From: Eledone cirrhosa
Taxonomy: Eukaryota
DNA length: 64,000 bases
Direction: 5' to 3'
NCBI GenBank assembly: GCA_964016885.1
Contig: OZ024744.1
Coordinates: forward strand, 40,982,001 to 41,046,000
This document shows positions 62,735 through 64,000 of this stretch, in pieces. Below the pieces are notes generated by a model. It did not search any database. It saw nothing but the letters and a program-made list of their open reading frames with translations, and was not told where the DNA came from. The stretch's first letter is position 1, and each line of letters starts with the position of its first letter. Both the position numbers and the translations under genes were made by a program.

Positions 62735-63975
62735 AAAGAGGAATTTTAGACTGGCTGCCCATGGGAAATTCTATATGCAGATGACCAAACTCTCATAGCT
62801 GAGTCCATGGCTGAACTAAAGAAGACGTTCCAAACATGGAAGCATGGCCTAGAATCAAAAGGCCTTAGAGTCAACTTGTCGAAGACTAAAGTTCTAGTAT
62901 GTAGAAAGAAGAATAGGGCACAGGTGCTCTCTGGGAAATTGCCATGCTCAGTATGTAGAAAAGGAGTAGGTAGAATTCCATTCTATGCCCCCAAAAAAGA
63001 TGTAGTGGGATCACAGGCAAGCTATCTAAGAATGAAGATTTTTTATGTGGCCGACGCTCAGGTGCAATAAGTAGCAAGGGCCCACTGGATGCTATCTCTT
63101 TCAACTGCAAATATGGTTCTATAGAAATAGTGGACATTTTCTGTTACCTGGGTGACAAAATTAACAGTGGAGGAGGGTGCTCTGAAAGTGTAGTAGTCAG
63201 AGTTAGAACGGGATGGAAAAGGTTCAGAGAGCTTATTGGCCACAGTGGGTTATTCTCTAAAAGTGAAAAGCAGATTGTATGATGCTTGTACGAATGGTGA
63301 TATTACATGGTAGTGAGACTTGGGCATTGTGTGCTGAAGATTTGCCTAGATTAGAAAGAAACGATGCTTGCATGCTCCGATGGATGTGTAATAGTATTGT
63401 GGGCGAAAGTCGAAGCATAAACGAATTGAGAGGGAGACTAAACAAGAGGTATCAAATGTGTTCTGGAGAGTCAATTGCATTGGTATGGCCATGTGATGCT
63501 TATGAAGGACGGCAGCTGTATAAAAGAATGCAGGGCAATGAAAATTGATGGAAGCTACTACGGAGTGGGTAGATCAGGAAAAACATGGGACGAGGTGATA
63601 AAACCTGACATTACTCACTTACATCTCTCTAAGACAATGTCACTGGATCGTGATTTTTTGGGGCGCCATGCAGTTGTACAGAAGATCCGCCTTCCCTTGC
63701 ATACAAACCTACAGTCAGTAGGCACCTCTTAACCCAATATACACCCTACCCCTTCCTCCCGTTTCCGTCCACTGTGAGGGTGACACAACAAAAAGCACCC
63801 AGTCAACACTGTAAATGTGGTTGGCGTTAGGAAGGGCATCCAGCCATAGAAAACCTGACAGAGACACTTCCGTACGAGCGAGACACGGCCTCCCAGCCAT
63901 TTCCGCATCAAATGGAACAAAACCGTATAACCCGTGCTAGTGTGGAAGATGGACGCTAAACAATAATGATGATGA
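62735..63975 (+). mobile_element. RTE LINE 3' fragment
   Basis: GCPWEILYADD, LRVNLSKTKVL, LHGSETW, WYGHV; (GAT)n tail. Confidence 0.9.
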
Positions 63976-64000
63976 TTATATATATATATATATATATATA

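Overview
This is AT-rich eukaryotic DNA made almost entirely of transposons and microsatellites. The repeat types (RTE LINEs with (CAT)n/(GAT)n tails, tRNA-derived SINEs, abundant Penelope-like elements, long (TA)n tracts) suggest a cephalopod such as Octopus; that is inference only. No host gene could be identified, only a few weak exon candidates. Contents: at least 8 Penelope-like element (PLE) copies or fragments, about 10 RTE-LINE pieces (one nearly full length), an L1/Tx1 fragment, a decayed CsRN1-type Gypsy LTR element, a mariner relic, a non-autonomous Helitron and several SINEs. One PLE is an apparently intact Naiad-type RT+GIY-YIG element (14.4-19.0 kb). The most striking signal is RNA structure. 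About 19 type-I hammerhead ribozyme motifs from roughly a dozen PLE termini can be folded by eye. Two unrelated families use the compensatory U3-A8 core, and in one of them the cleavage triplet coincides with a candidate splice donor. Several motifs carry long stem-II inserts. A duplicated, covarying three-way-junction motif of unknown identity lies at 56.7-57.1 kb. All folds were assigned manually and none were computed or tested.
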